This document shows, one piece after another, positions 14,333 to 26,098 of a stretch of 64,000 nt of DNA (position 1 is the stretch's first letter; the number at the start of each line of letters is the position of its first letter). The DNA comes from an uncultured Eubacteriales bacterium (GTDB lineage Bacteria; Bacillota; Clostridia; Christensenellales; CAG-138), in the NCBI GenBank assembly GCA_902798825.1, contig CADBYI010000002.1, positions 10,545 to 74,544 on the forward strand. The letters are read 5' to 3'. The notes beneath the pieces were generated by a model. The model did no database searches. It saw only the letters and a program-made list of their open reading frames with translations, and was not told the DNA's origin. The translations under genes were made by a program, and so were the position numbers.

Positions 14333-14956
14333 ATGAAAGAACAGAGAAATGGTTTGCTTTTGGTGGTTTCCGGCCCTGCCGGCGTGGGCAAGGGCACGCT
14401 GGATAAGGCCCTGATGGAGCGCAACCACAAGATCAAGATGTCCGTATCCGCCACCACCCGTGCTCCCCGTCCCGGGGAGATCGAGGGGGTCCACTACTTC
14501 TTCAAGACGGAAGAGGAGTTCAAGACCATGGTGGAACGTGGCGAGTTCTTAGAATATATGCACGTCTTTGGCAGCAACTACTATGGCACGCCTCGCTCCT
14601 TCGTGGAGCAGCAGCTGGCCAACGGATACGACGTCATTCTGGAGATCGACGTGAACGGGGCCATGAACGTGAAGCGGTCCTTCCCCGACGCCGTGCTGAT
14701 CTTCATCACCGCTCCCAGCATGAGTGAAATCAAATCCCGCCTTATCGGCCGAGGCACGGAGACCATGGAGCAGGTGGAAAAGCGCTTTGCCACCGCTTTT
14801 GAGGAGATCAAGATGATCCCGCATTATGATTACGTGATCGTCAACGACGTGGTGGACGTGGCCGTCCACCACATGGAAGCCATCTTGGAAGCGGAGCGGT
14901 GCCGCACCGCCCGCAGTGCATTTGTTTCAGAAGCAATCGAGGAAATAGGGAGGTAA
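14333..14956 (+). CDS. gmk: Guanylate kinase
   Basis: SGPAGVGKGT, TTRAPRPGE, YYGT. Confidence 0.95.
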   Translation: MKEQRNGLLLVVSGPAGVGKGTLDKALMERNHKIKMSVSATTRAPRPGEIEGVHYFFKTEEEFKTMVERGEFLEYMHVFGSNYYGTPRSFVEQQLANGYDVILEIDVNGAMNVKRSFPDAVLIFITAPSMSEIKSRLIGRGTETMEQVEKRFATAFEEIKMIPHYDYVIVNDVVDVAVHHMEAILEAERCRTARSAFVSEAIEEIGR

Positions 14957-14962
14957 ACTACT

Positions 14963-15157
14963 ATGATGAATCGTCCACCGGTCAACGAATTGGCTGAAAA
15001 AGCCGGTTCCCGCTATCAGTTGGTGACCGCTGTCGCCAATCGGGCCCGTCAACTGCAGGATGATCCCGACGCCCTGGGGAACAACAAACCCCTGTCCATG
15101 GCTGTGGAAGAGATGTATGAGGATAAGCTCATCGTCATCCCCGCCAAGGAGGCATAA
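14963..15157 (+). CDS. rpoZ: RNA polymerase omega subunit
   Basis: SRYQLVTAVANRARQL, KPLSMAVEE. Located after gmk. Confidence 0.9.
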   Translation: MMNRPPVNELAEKAGSRYQLVTAVANRARQLQDDPDALGNNKPLSMAVEEMYEDKLIVIPAKEA

Positions 15158-15177
15158 GGAAAACTCCCGTTGACATG

Positions 15178-15215
15178 GCCCGCTTCGCACCCAGCTACGA
15201 AGCGGGCATTCTTTA
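15178..15215 (+). terminator. Hairpin after rpoZ (weak terminator or processing stem)
   Basis: GCCCGCTTCG-N10-CGAAGCGGGC followed by ATTCTTT. Confidence 0.5.
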
Positions 15216-15247
15216 CTCATAAAAAAGTACGTGAAAGGAGGGGCAGG

Positions 15248-17467
<2,220 letters not shown>

Positions 17468-17468
17468 G

Positions 17469-19298
17469 ATGAAAAATATCATGGAATCAAAAATCAAAAA
17501 ACGATCCCCCTGGCGCCTGTTCTTTCGTGTACTGCGCCCCTATTGGGGATATGTGATACTGTCAGCTTTGTTCGTTTTGCTGGCCGCCATTTGCGTGTAC
17601 TTGGCGCCCTTTGTGACCAGCTTCACCTTGGACTACGTGATACGGGATGTGGACCCCCATATACCGGCGCCCATCTTCAACCTGGTGAAGCGCCTGGGCG
17701 GGCGGGAATACTTCGTGGAGCATCTGATCCTCTGTGGGGCAGTGTATCTGGCCTTCACAGTTTTGAATGGCCTCTTCACCTACCTTCGCCGCCGGTCCAC
17801 GGCCTATGCTGCCGAGGGCATGGCCAAGACCCTTCGGGATGCCCTTTATGAGCACATCAACGCCGTGCCGTACGACTATCACAAGCACGTGTCCACCGGC
17901 GATTTGGTCCAGCGATGCACCTCCGACGTGGAGACGGTGCGCCGGTTCCTTAGCGTACAGATGATGGACATCCTGCGCACGGCGGTCATGTTCGTGACCG
18001 CGCTGGTGATCCTGCTGCGCATCCACGTGCCCATGGCCCTCATCTCCATGGTCACCCTCCCCCTGCTCACCGTATCCTCCTTCGTCTACTTCCGCTACGT
18101 GCAGAGATACTTCAAGGATGCGGACGAGGCGGAGGGTCAGCTGTCCGCGGCCCTGCAGGAGGATCTGACCGGGGTGCGCATCGTTCGTGCGTTCGGCCAG
18201 GAGCGGGCGGAATACGAGAAGCTGACCCGGCTGAACGCCAAAACCAGGGACACCAACATCCGCCTGAACAAGCTGCTGGGCTTCTATTGGGGGCTGTCCG
18301 ACGCCGTGGGCTTCTCCCAGATCGGCATTTCTCTGGCGGCGGGCATCTACTTCTGCGCCAAGGGCACCATGACGCTGGGGCTCGTCACCCTCTTCTCCAC
18401 CTATACCTCCATGCTCACCTGGCCCGTGCGGCAGCTGGGACGGATCCTGGCTGACATGGGCAAGGCTTCCATCTCCCTGCAGCGTCTGACTGAAATCATG
18501 GATGCCCAGCCGGAGCAGGAGCCGGGCAAGGCGTTGACGGTGGACATGAGCGGAGATATCTGCTTCGATCACGTGTGCTTTGGCTACGATGCCCCGGACG
18601 ACGTATTGAAGGATATCACCTTTTCCGTAAAGCCCGGGGAAACGGTGGCCATCCTTGGCGCCACAGGCTCGGGCAAGAGCAGCCTGGTGCAGCTGCTGCA
18701 GCGGCTCTATACCTGCACCAGGGGCAGCATCACCATCGGCGGTGTGAACATCAACGACATCGACCATGCCTGCCTGCGCAAAAACATCGGCATCGTGCTG
18801 CAAGAGCCCTTCCTCTACTCCCGCACCATCCGGGAGAACATCCGCATCGTGAATCCCTCCGCGTCCGACGCTGAGGTGGAGCAGGCGGCCCGCATCGCCG
18901 CCATTCACGACGTGATCATGGGCTTTGAAAAGGGATATGACACCATTGTGGGTGAGCGGGGCGTGACCCTGTCCGGCGGCCAGCTCCAGCGGGTGGCCAT
19001 CGCCCGGACCCTGATGCAAAAGGCCCCCATCCTCATCTTCGACGACTCGATGAGCGCCGTGGATACGGAGACGGACGCCAAGATACGGGACGCCCTCTAT
19101 GGCATGAAGCGGGACGGGATACTATTCATCATCTCCCACCGCATCACCACGCTCTGCGAGGCGGACAAGATACTGGTGCTGGAGGGCGGCCGTCTGGTGG
19201 ACATGGGCACCCACGAGGAACTGATCCAAAAACCGGGCATGTATCGGCGCATCGCCGAGATACAGGATGCTTTGCCGAAGGGAGGTGACGCAGCGTGA
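17469..19298 (+). CDS. ABC exporter subunit A (TMD+NBD), heterodimeric multidrug type
   Basis: Six-TM domain, GATGSGKS, LSGGQ, degenerate Walker B ILIFDD. Start 17469 or 17481. Confidence 0.88.
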   Translation: MKNIMESKIKKRSPWRLFFRVLRPYWGYVILSALFVLLAAICVYLAPFVTSFTLDYVIRDVDPHIPAPIFNLVKRLGGREYFVEHLILCGAVYLAFTVLNGLFTYLRRRSTAYAAEGMAKTLRDALYEHINAVPYDYHKHVSTGDLVQRCTSDVETVRRFLSVQMMDILRTAVMFVTALVILLRIHVPMALISMVTLPLLTVSSFVYFRYVQRYFKDADEAEGQLSAALQEDLTGVRIVRAFGQERAEYEKLTRLNAKTRDTNIRLNKLLGFYWGLSDAVGFSQIGISLAAGIYFCAKGTMTLGLVTLFSTYTSMLTWPVRQLGRILADMGKASISLQRLTEIMDAQPEQEPGKALTVDMSGDICFDHVCFGYDAPDDVLKDITFSVKPGETVAILGATGSGKSSLVQLLQRLYTCTRGSITIGGVNINDIDHACLRKNIGIVLQEPFLYSRTIRENIRIVNPSASDAEVEQAARIAAIHDVIMGFEKGYDTIVGERGVTLSGGQLQRVAIARTLMQKAPILIFDDSMSAVDTETDAKIRDALYGMKRDGILFIISHRITTLCEADKILVLEGGRLVDMGTHEELIQKPGMYRRIAEIQDALPKGGDAA

Positions 19299-21154
19299 GT
19301 TATCAGGAAGAACAGGATTTCACCAACGAACGAGTGGACCCCAAGCTGTGGAAGAGGCTGTACGCCTACGCCTGGCGCAACAAACGCATCTTCCTCATGA
19401 CCATCGCCTGTTTGCTGTTTGTGGCGCTGGTTGACGCCCTCTACCCCCTTCTTGCCAACTACGCTGTGGACCACTTCATCGTTCCCGGCGTATCCAAAGG
19501 CGTGGGGCTGTTTTTGCTGCTCTATGTGGCACTGGCTTTTTCCCAGGGCTTCGGCACCCTGGGATTCATCACCCGCTGCGGGCGTATGGAGATGACCATC
19601 TCCTACGATATCCGGCAGGACGGTTTCTTGAAGCTCCAGAACCAGTCCTTCTCCTTTTATGACAAGACCGCCGTGGGATATCTGATGGCCCGGATGATCA
19701 GCGACGTGAGCCGACTCTCCGAGATGGTGGCCTGGAGCATGGTGGACCTTCTCTGGTCCTCCTGCTACGCGCTGCTGTGCCTCATCATCATGCTGATCAA
19801 GAACTGGAAGCTGGCGCTGCTGGTGTTGCTGGTGGTGCCGCCCCTTGCCGTGGTGGCTCTCTTTTTGGAGCGTGCCATCCTGAAGTATCAACGGGAAGCA
19901 CGCAAGCACAACAGCCGCATCACCGGCGCTTTCAACGAGGGCATCATGGGCGCCATGACCACCAAAACGCTTGTCTACGAAGAGGAGAACACCCGCGAAT
20001 TCAAGGAGATCACCCAGAGCATGCGTAAGGCCTCCATCAAGGCAGCCCTGATCAACGCCGTGTTCTTCCCGCTGGTCATCTCCCTGGGCGCTGTCGGCAC
20101 GAGCCTGGCCCTGTATTTGGGCGGCCAGGGGGTGCTTGCCCCGGATCACGCCTTCATAGGCCCCATATCCGCCGGTACCCTGGTGGCTTTCGTCACCTAT
20201 GCGGCCAGCCTCTTCGACCCGATCCAGCAGATCGCGTCCATCTTTGCGGACTTCCAGAGCGCCCAGGCTTCGGCGGAGCGAGTCATCAGCCTGATCGACG
20301 CACCCATAGAAGTTGTGGATTCCCCCGAGGTCGTGGCCAAATACGGCAGCATCATCGAGCCCAAACGGGAGAATTGGGAGCCCATCACCGGCGCGATCCG
20401 CTTTGAAAACGTGAGCTTCTCCTACAAACCCGAGGAGCCGGTGCTGACGAACTTCGATTTGGATATTCAGGCGGGACAGACCATCGCTCTGGTGGGTGAA
20501 ACCGGCGCTGGCAAGAGCACCATCGTCAATCTGGTCTGCCGTTTCTATGAGCCCACGGCCGGCACTATCTACATCGACGGCAAGGACTACAGGACCCGTT
20601 CCCAGCTCTGGCTGCAGAGCAGCCTGGGGTATGTGCTCCAATCCCCCCATCTGTTCTCCGGCACCATCGCGGACAACATCCGCTACGGTCGTCCCGACGC
20701 CACCATGGAGGAGGTGCGCCATGCGGCCCGACTGGTCCACGCCGAGCCGTTCATCCTGGAGCAATCGAAGGGATACGACACGGAGGTGGGCGAAGGCGGC
20801 ATCCGCCTGTCCACAGGTCAGAAGCAGCTCATCTGCTTTGCCCGGGTGATCCTGGCGGACCCCCGCATCTTCGTGCTGGATGAGGCCACCAGCTCCATTG
20901 ACACGGAAACGGAGCAGCTGATCCAGGAGGCCATCACCACCGTTTTAAAGGGTCGCACCAGCCTTGTGGTGGCCCATCGGCTGTCCACCATCCGGAACGC
21001 CGACCGCATATTGGTCATCCGCGGCGGCCGCATCGAGGAAAGCGGCACCCACGAGGAGCTGCTGGCCCTGGGCGGTTACTACCATGACCTATATGAGCAC
21101 CAGTTCCGGGAGGAGCGTCTCAAGACCGCCATGAAGGACATAGGCATCGAATAA
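19295..21154 (+). CDS. ABC exporter subunit B (TMD+NBD)
   Basis: GETGAGKS, degenerate signature LSTGQ, canonical VLDEATS, AHRLS. GTGA overlap with subunit A. Confidence 0.9.
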   Translation: MSYQEEQDFTNERVDPKLWKRLYAYAWRNKRIFLMTIACLLFVALVDALYPLLANYAVDHFIVPGVSKGVGLFLLLYVALAFSQGFGTLGFITRCGRMEMTISYDIRQDGFLKLQNQSFSFYDKTAVGYLMARMISDVSRLSEMVAWSMVDLLWSSCYALLCLIIMLIKNWKLALLVLLVVPPLAVVALFLERAILKYQREARKHNSRITGAFNEGIMGAMTTKTLVYEEENTREFKEITQSMRKASIKAALINAVFFPLVISLGAVGTSLALYLGGQGVLAPDHAFIGPISAGTLVAFVTYAASLFDPIQQIASIFADFQSAQASAERVISLIDAPIEVVDSPEVVAKYGSIIEPKRENWEPITGAIRFENVSFSYKPEEPVLTNFDLDIQAGQTIALVGETGAGKSTIVNLVCRFYEPTAGTIYIDGKDYRTRSQLWLQSSLGYVLQSPHLFSGTIADNIRYGRPDATMEEVRHAARLVHAEPFILEQSKGYDTEVGEGGIRLSTGQKQLICFARVILADPRIFVLDEATSSIDTETEQLIQEAITTVLKGRTSLVVAHRLSTIRNADRILVIRGGRIEESGTHEELLALGGYYHDLYEHQFREERLKTAMKDIGIE

Positions 21155-21163
21155 ATGCGCATG

Positions 21164-21192
21164 AAAAAGGAGCGAGGCCGCTCGCTCCTTTT
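21164..21192. terminator. Bidirectional intrinsic terminator
   Basis: AAAAGGAGCGAG-GCCG-CTCGCTCCTTTT between convergent genes. Confidence 0.85.
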
Positions 21193-21204
21193 CGTATGTG
21201 TGAT

Positions 21205-22212
21205 TCAGACGTACTCCACTTCGATCTTACCGAAGGAAACATCCCCTTTGAGATAGATGAATACAGCGGCGTTGGGGTCTCCCGGCGGGCAGTTGCAGCC
21301 GCCGAAGGCTGCGCTGGCGTCCACCTTGGTGCCCACAGAGGCAGGAAGCCGCAGCGTCAGCGAGCCGAAGCTCACGTCGGCGTCGATGGTGGCTCCGTTC
21401 TCGATGTTGGCCCCGGTCAGATCAACCACCAGATTTCCGAAGGACATATCGATCTTGGCGCCTTTGAAGGGCTCCTCCCCCATCACCTTCTTTTCCTGGC
21501 TGGAGAAGGCGGCGTCCACGTTGATAAAGCCACCCTCCTCCGTGTATTCGAACACGGGGTCCCCCTTCTCCACATGGAAGAATCCTTCGCCGGAGCCCTT
21601 CCGGTGGGGAAACAGATATCCAAGCAGCACCGTAAGTCCGATGAGGATCAGCGCGGCGGGCCAGATCATGCTCCAGGTCAGCTTATACTGGGCGGGAATG
21701 ATGCCCATGTTGAACAGCAGCATATACAAACCGAACAGGGCGATGCCCAAGCTCACCGGGCTCAAATCCTTCCGGCACAGCATGATCCCCATGCAGGTGA
21801 GTAAAAAGGGCCACAGCACGCTCCAGAAGGTGATACCCTCTCCTAACTGAATAATGTGCATGGCGTTCAGCAGGAAGACCACGCCGATACCCACCAGCAG
21901 CAGAGAAAAGACGATCTTTTCCCAGCGGTTCAAATTCAGGCTTACCGTAACGTTGTGATCACGCTTTCCCTCTTTTTCGCCTTCCACAGACAGCAAGCGC
22001 AGCGGCTCTTTGCCCAATAGCTGGTCTGTGGTGACCCCTAACGCATCTGCCAGCTGCGGCAGAATGGAGATATCGGGACAGCTTAGATCGTTTTCCCATT
22101 TACTGACGGCCTGGGCGGTGACGCCCACCAGATTGGCCAGCTGCTCCTGGGTCATACCCTTTTGCTTGCGCAAGTCGCTGATGCGCTTGCCCATGGTTGC
22201 CTTGCTTTCCAT
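21205..22212 (-). CDS. XRE-family HTH regulator fused to LiaF-like membrane and C-terminal beta-solenoid domains
   Basis: LRKQKGMTQEQLA...AVSKWE...PDI, four TM helices with WP motifs, repeated ID(A/M)(A/S)FG/S C-terminus. Confidence 0.8.
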   Translation of the reverse strand: MESKATMGKRISDLRKQKGMTQEQLANLVGVTAQAVSKWENDLSCPDISILPQLADALGVTTDQLLGKEPLRLLSVEGEKEGKRDHNVTVSLNLNRWEKIVFSLLLVGIGVVFLLNAMHIIQLGEGITFWSVLWPFLLTCMGIMLCRKDLSPVSLGIALFGLYMLLFNMGIIPAQYKLTWSMIWPAALILIGLTVLLGYLFPHRKGSGEGFFHVEKGDPVFEYTEEGGFINVDAAFSSQEKKVMGEEPFKGAKIDMSFGNLVVDLTGANIENGATIDADVSFGSLTLRLPASVGTKVDASAAFGGCNCPPGDPNAAVFIYLKGDVSFGKIEVEYV

Positions 22213-22257
22213 AATTGCCTCCCTTTTTTGATGGCCTCATCATAACACATTTTTCAC

Positions 22258-22327
22258 GGTTGAGCTATCATCCGACAAGAGAATACCCAAAAAAGGTATC
22301 AACCGGTGGTTGAGCTCGAATCAACCG
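22258..22327. promoter_or_regulatory. Repeated TCAACC/GGTTGA operator-like sites upstream of the XRE gene
   Basis: TCAACC-GGT-GGTTGA at 22299-22313, GGTTGAGCT at 22258 and 22308, TCAACCG at 22321. Confidence 0.6.
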
Positions 22328-22347
22328 CCCTTTTTATCTCGGTTTTC

Positions 22348-22376
22348 TTTACAAAATCCCTTTCACAGGATATAAT
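22348..22376 (+). promoter_or_regulatory. Sigma-A promoter of the def operon
   Basis: TTTACA-17 bp-TATAAT. Confidence 0.7.
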
Positions 22377-22404
22377 AACATGATGTAATTAGGAGGAATA
22401 TGCC

Positions 22405-22887
22405 ATGGCGATTCGAACGATCCGCAAGGAAAAGGACCCTTGTCTGTATAAAAAGTGCCGGGAGGTCACCGCCTTTGACGGACGGTTGTCCCAGCTGATC
22501 GACGATATGTTCGATACCATGTATGAAGCCGACGGCGTGGGTCTGGCCGCCCCCCAGGTGGGTGTCCTTCGCCGGGTGGTGGTCATCGACGTGGGCGGGC
22601 CCGAAGGGGAAAACGCTCCTGTGGAGATGGTGAATCCTCATATTCTCGAATCCTCCGGTGTTCAGGGGGGCATGGAGGGCTGTCTCTCCTTCCCTGGGCA
22701 AAGCGGCTACGTGGAGCGTCCCAACTATGTGAAGGTGGAAGCCTACGACCGTAACGGAGATTTGTTCGAGTACGAGGGCGAAGGGCTCTTTGCCCGGGCA
22801 GTCTTCCACGAATGTGACCATCTGGACGGGAAGGTGTACCTGCCCTTGGTGAAGGAACCGCCCGCTGACTTTAAGCAAGAGGAGTAG
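22405..22887 (+). CDS. def: Peptide deformylase
   Basis: GVGLAAPQVG, EGCLS, HECDH. Confidence 0.96.
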   Translation: MAIRTIRKEKDPCLYKKCREVTAFDGRLSQLIDDMFDTMYEADGVGLAAPQVGVLRRVVVIDVGGPEGENAPVEMVNPHILESSGVQGGMEGCLSFPGQSGYVERPNYVKVEAYDRNGDLFEYEGEGLFARAVFHECDHLDGKVYLPLVKEPPADFKQEE

Positions 22888-22890
22888 CCC

Positions 22891-23820
22891 ATGCGCATCG
22901 CATTCTTCGGCACCCCTGAATTTGCCGTCCCCACCCTTCGGGCTCTGGCGACATCCGATCATACTTTGGCTGTGTTCACCCAGCCGGATCGTCCGGTGGG
23001 GCGCAAGGCCATCTTGACGCCGCCGCCGGTGAAGGCGGCCGCCCTGGAGCTGGGACTGCCGGTTTATCAGTTTGAAAAGATTCGGAGTCGGGAGGGCTGC
23101 GACGCCATTTCCGCTTTCAAGCCCGACCTCTATGCCGTGGTGGCCTTCGGACAGCTGTTCAGCGAAGAGAATTTGTCCATTCCACCTCTGGGTGCTATCA
23201 ACGTCCACGGCTCTCTCCTGCCTCTCTATCGGGGCGCCTCCCCCATGCAGCAAAGCATCATCGATGGCCAGGCAACGGTGGGCGTGTCCACCATGCGGCT
23301 GGTGAAGCGCATGGATGCGGGGGACATCCTTCTGCAGGCCGAAACGCCTCTGGGGGAGAACGAAACCTATGGAGAACTGTCAGAGCGCCTTGCGAAACTT
23401 GGCGCGGACCTGTTCATGGAAACTTTGCGTGTTCTGGAACGGGGACAGCTTTCGCCCGTTCCGCAAGACGAAAGCCGAGCCAGCTATTGCCGTATGCTCA
23501 CCCGGGACAGCGGGAAGATCGACCTTTCTGCCCCGCGTCAGGTCATCCATGATCTCGTTCGCGGCACCAACCCCTGGCCCGGAGCTTATGCTCTGCTGGG
23601 CGAGGAGAAACTGAAGCTTTGGCGCACATCCCTTTCCGATGCGGAACCGTCTGCCGATATACCCGTCGGCGGACTGTTCGGAGACCCTAAACACGGCCTT
23701 TTCCTTCGCTGCACGGACGGAACCTTGCAGATCCTTGAGCTGCAGGCTCCCGGCGGTAAGAAGCTGGACGGGAAGACCTTTTTGCGGGGCAAGAACATCA
23801 TCGGGAGCGTGCTTTCATGA
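22891..23820 (+). CDS. fmt: Methionyl-tRNA formyltransferase
   Basis: FFGTPEFA, TQPDRP, NVHGSLLP, MDAGD. Confidence 0.96.
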   Translation: MRIAFFGTPEFAVPTLRALATSDHTLAVFTQPDRPVGRKAILTPPPVKAAALELGLPVYQFEKIRSREGCDAISAFKPDLYAVVAFGQLFSEENLSIPPLGAINVHGSLLPLYRGASPMQQSIIDGQATVGVSTMRLVKRMDAGDILLQAETPLGENETYGELSERLAKLGADLFMETLRVLERGQLSPVPQDESRASYCRMLTRDSGKIDLSAPRQVIHDLVRGTNPWPGAYALLGEEKLKLWRTSLSDAEPSADIPVGGLFGDPKHGLFLRCTDGTLQILELQAPGGKKLDGKTFLRGKNIIGSVLS

Positions 23821-25058
23821 ACAGCCCCCGCAGGGACGCCCTGCAGGTATTTATGGACGTGGTGGAGGACGGGGCCTATGCCAACCTTCGGCTGAAGGAG
23901 GTCCATCGCTCCCCCTCGGAGCAGGCCTATGTCAGCTCCCTGGTGTACACCGCTCTGGAGCATATGAGATGGACCGACTATATGCTGTCCTTCTATGTGA
24001 AGCAGCCAAAGAAGGTGGTCCGCAACATCCTGCGGCTGGCTGTGGCGGAGCTGTTCTTCATGGATACCCCGGATCATGCCGCTGTGAATGGCGCTGTGGA
24101 GCTGACCCGGGAATGCGGCAAAGGGGCCTTGTCCGGCCTGGTAAACGGGGTCCTGCGCCGTATGCTGCGGGAAAGGGACAGCCTCCCTCCCCTGCCCGAC
24201 GATCCTGTGGCCCGGCTATCCATCCAGTATGGCTGCCCGGAGTGGATCATCCGGGAATGGCTGGAACGGTTTGGAGAAACCGAGGCCCGGCAGCTTTTGA
24301 GCTATGAGCCACCAGCCATGGAGATACGGGCCCAGTATCCTTTTTCCAATGAGGAGCTGGCCGCCCAGCTAAGGGTTCCCTATACCTTGGGCCAGGTGGA
24401 CAGCAACTGCTTCAAGTTGAGCGAAAGCCTTCCCGTGGCCTCTCTCCCTCTGTTTCGGGAGGGGAAAATCGCCATCCAGGGAGAAGGGGCTATGGCCATT
24501 TGTCGGTTCATGGGTGATATGCGGGGAAAGAAAGTGTTGGATGCCTGCGCTGCCCCCGGAGGGAAATCCGCCTATCTCTGGTCCCTGACGGAGGGGGATA
24601 TCGACCTTACCTGCTGCGAGCTCCATCCCCATCGGCTGGAGCTGATGCAGCGGACCTTTGCCCGGCTCCATGTGCAGGCCACCTGCGTTGCCAGGGACGC
24701 CGCCCTGCTGGGTAAGGATGAGGCCGACAGCTTTGACGCTGTCCTTCTGGACGTGCCATGTTCCGGCCTGGGCCTGCTGCGGGAGAAGCCGGATGTGGCG
24801 CTCCATCGCAAGGAGAGCGATCTGTGGGAGCTGTGTCGAATCCAGGCATCGCTGCTCAATAGCTGCGCCAAGGCGGTGCGCCCCGGAGGGGTCCTTTGCT
24901 ACAGCACCTGCACCATCTCCCTTCAAGAGAACGAGGATCAGGTGGCGGCCTTCTTACAGGCTTATTCGGACTATACGCTGGAGGACCAACGACAGCTTCT
25001 GCCCCATCTGGATGGGACCGGCGGATTCTATATGGCAAGGATGAAAAGATGTATTTGA
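23817..25058 (+). CDS. rsmB: 16S rRNA m5C967 methyltransferase
   Basis: NusB-like N-terminus, DACAAPGGKS, DVPCSG, YSTCT. Confidence 0.92.
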   Translation: MNSPRRDALQVFMDVVEDGAYANLRLKEVHRSPSEQAYVSSLVYTALEHMRWTDYMLSFYVKQPKKVVRNILRLAVAELFFMDTPDHAAVNGAVELTRECGKGALSGLVNGVLRRMLRERDSLPPLPDDPVARLSIQYGCPEWIIREWLERFGETEARQLLSYEPPAMEIRAQYPFSNEELAAQLRVPYTLGQVDSNCFKLSESLPVASLPLFREGKIAIQGEGAMAICRFMGDMRGKKVLDACAAPGGKSAYLWSLTEGDIDLTCCELHPHRLELMQRTFARLHVQATCVARDAALLGKDEADSFDAVLLDVPCSGLGLLREKPDVALHRKESDLWELCRIQASLLNSCAKAVRPGGVLCYSTCTISLQENEDQVAAFLQAYSDYTLEDQRQLLPHLDGTGGFYMARMKRCI

Positions 25059-26098
25059 CGGACCTGGACAAAAACGGCGTCGCCGCCCTCATGACGGAAT
25101 GGGCCCAGCCTCGTTTTCGCACCGATCAGGTGATGGCGTGGCTCAATGCCGGTGTGCGGCCGGAGGGTATGTCCAATCTTCCCAAGGCCCTTCGGGAAAA
25201 GCTCTCTGTTCTCCCCTACGGAGGCAGCACCATCGAACGGAAGCTGGTTTCTTCCAAGGACGGCACCGCCAAATACCTGTTCCTGCTGGAGGACGGAAAC
25301 CTGGTGGAAGGGGTGCTGATGCACTATAGATACGGGAATACCGCCTGTATCTCCACCCAGGTGGGATGCCGCATGGGCTGCAAATTCTGCGCCTCCACGC
25401 TGGAAGGCTGCGTGCGGGACCTGCGTCCCGGTGAGATGCTGAGCTTTATCAAGCTTATGGAGCAGGATGAGCCGCCTCGCCCGGGTTGGAGCCGGTCCGT
25501 GACCAACATCGTCCTCATGGGCAGCGGGGAGCCTCTTGACAACTACGATAACGTGGTGACCTTTTTGAAACGGGTCACCAGCCCCGATGAGCTGAATATC
25601 AGCCCTCGGAACATCTCCCTGTCCACCTGCGGCCTGGTGCCGAAGATATACCGATTCATGGACGAGGCGCCCCATGTGACCTTGTCCATCTCCCTCCACG
25701 CTCACTCCGACGACGTGCGCCGGACCATGATGCCCATCGCCAACGTGTACCCCATCGCCGACCTTGTGGAGGCAGCCAGGGTCTATGCCGAGAAAACGGG
25801 CCGTCGGGTGGTGTTCGAATATGCTCTTGTGGAGGGCGTGAACGACTCCAAGCAGGATGCCGTGGCCCTTGCAAAGCTCCTGCGAGGGTTGATCTGTCAC
25901 GTGAATTTGATCCCCTTGAACAGCGTGAAGGAACGGTCGCTTATGGGCGTAAGCCGGGCCCACGCGGAGGAGTTCGCCGGTTGGCTGGAGAAGGAGCATA
26001 TTTCCGCTACCGTGCGGCGAGAAATGGGCGCGGATATCGACGGCGCCTGTGGTCAGTTGAGAAGGAGAGTGATTCATGAGATACAGCAGCCTGTCTGA
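25049..26098 (+). CDS. rlmN: 23S rRNA m2A2503 radical SAM methyltransferase
   Basis: STQVGCRMGCKFC, MGSGEP, ISLH, GACGQL. ATG at 25049. Confidence 0.95.
   Translation: MYLTDLDKNGVAALMTEWAQPRFRTDQVMAWLNAGVRPEGMSNLPKALREKLSVLPYGGSTIERKLVSSKDGTAKYLFLLEDGNLVEGVLMHYRYGNTACISTQVGCRMGCKFCASTLEGCVRDLRPGEMLSFIKLMEQDEPPRPGWSRSVTNIVLMGSGEPLDNYDNVVTFLKRVTSPDELNISPRNISLSTCGLVPKIYRFMDEAPHVTLSISLHAHSDDVRRTMMPIANVYPIADLVEAARVYAEKTGRRVVFEYALVEGVNDSKQDAVALAKLLRGLICHVNLIPLNSVKERSLMGVSRAHAEEFAGWLEKEHISATVRREMGADIDGACGQLRRRVIHEIQQPV

Noticed and set aside
15158-15247. Possible riboswitch or promoter (TTGACA at 15170) before priA
   Set aside because: No -10 at a proper spacing and no recognisable aptamer core. 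Only a single hairpin.
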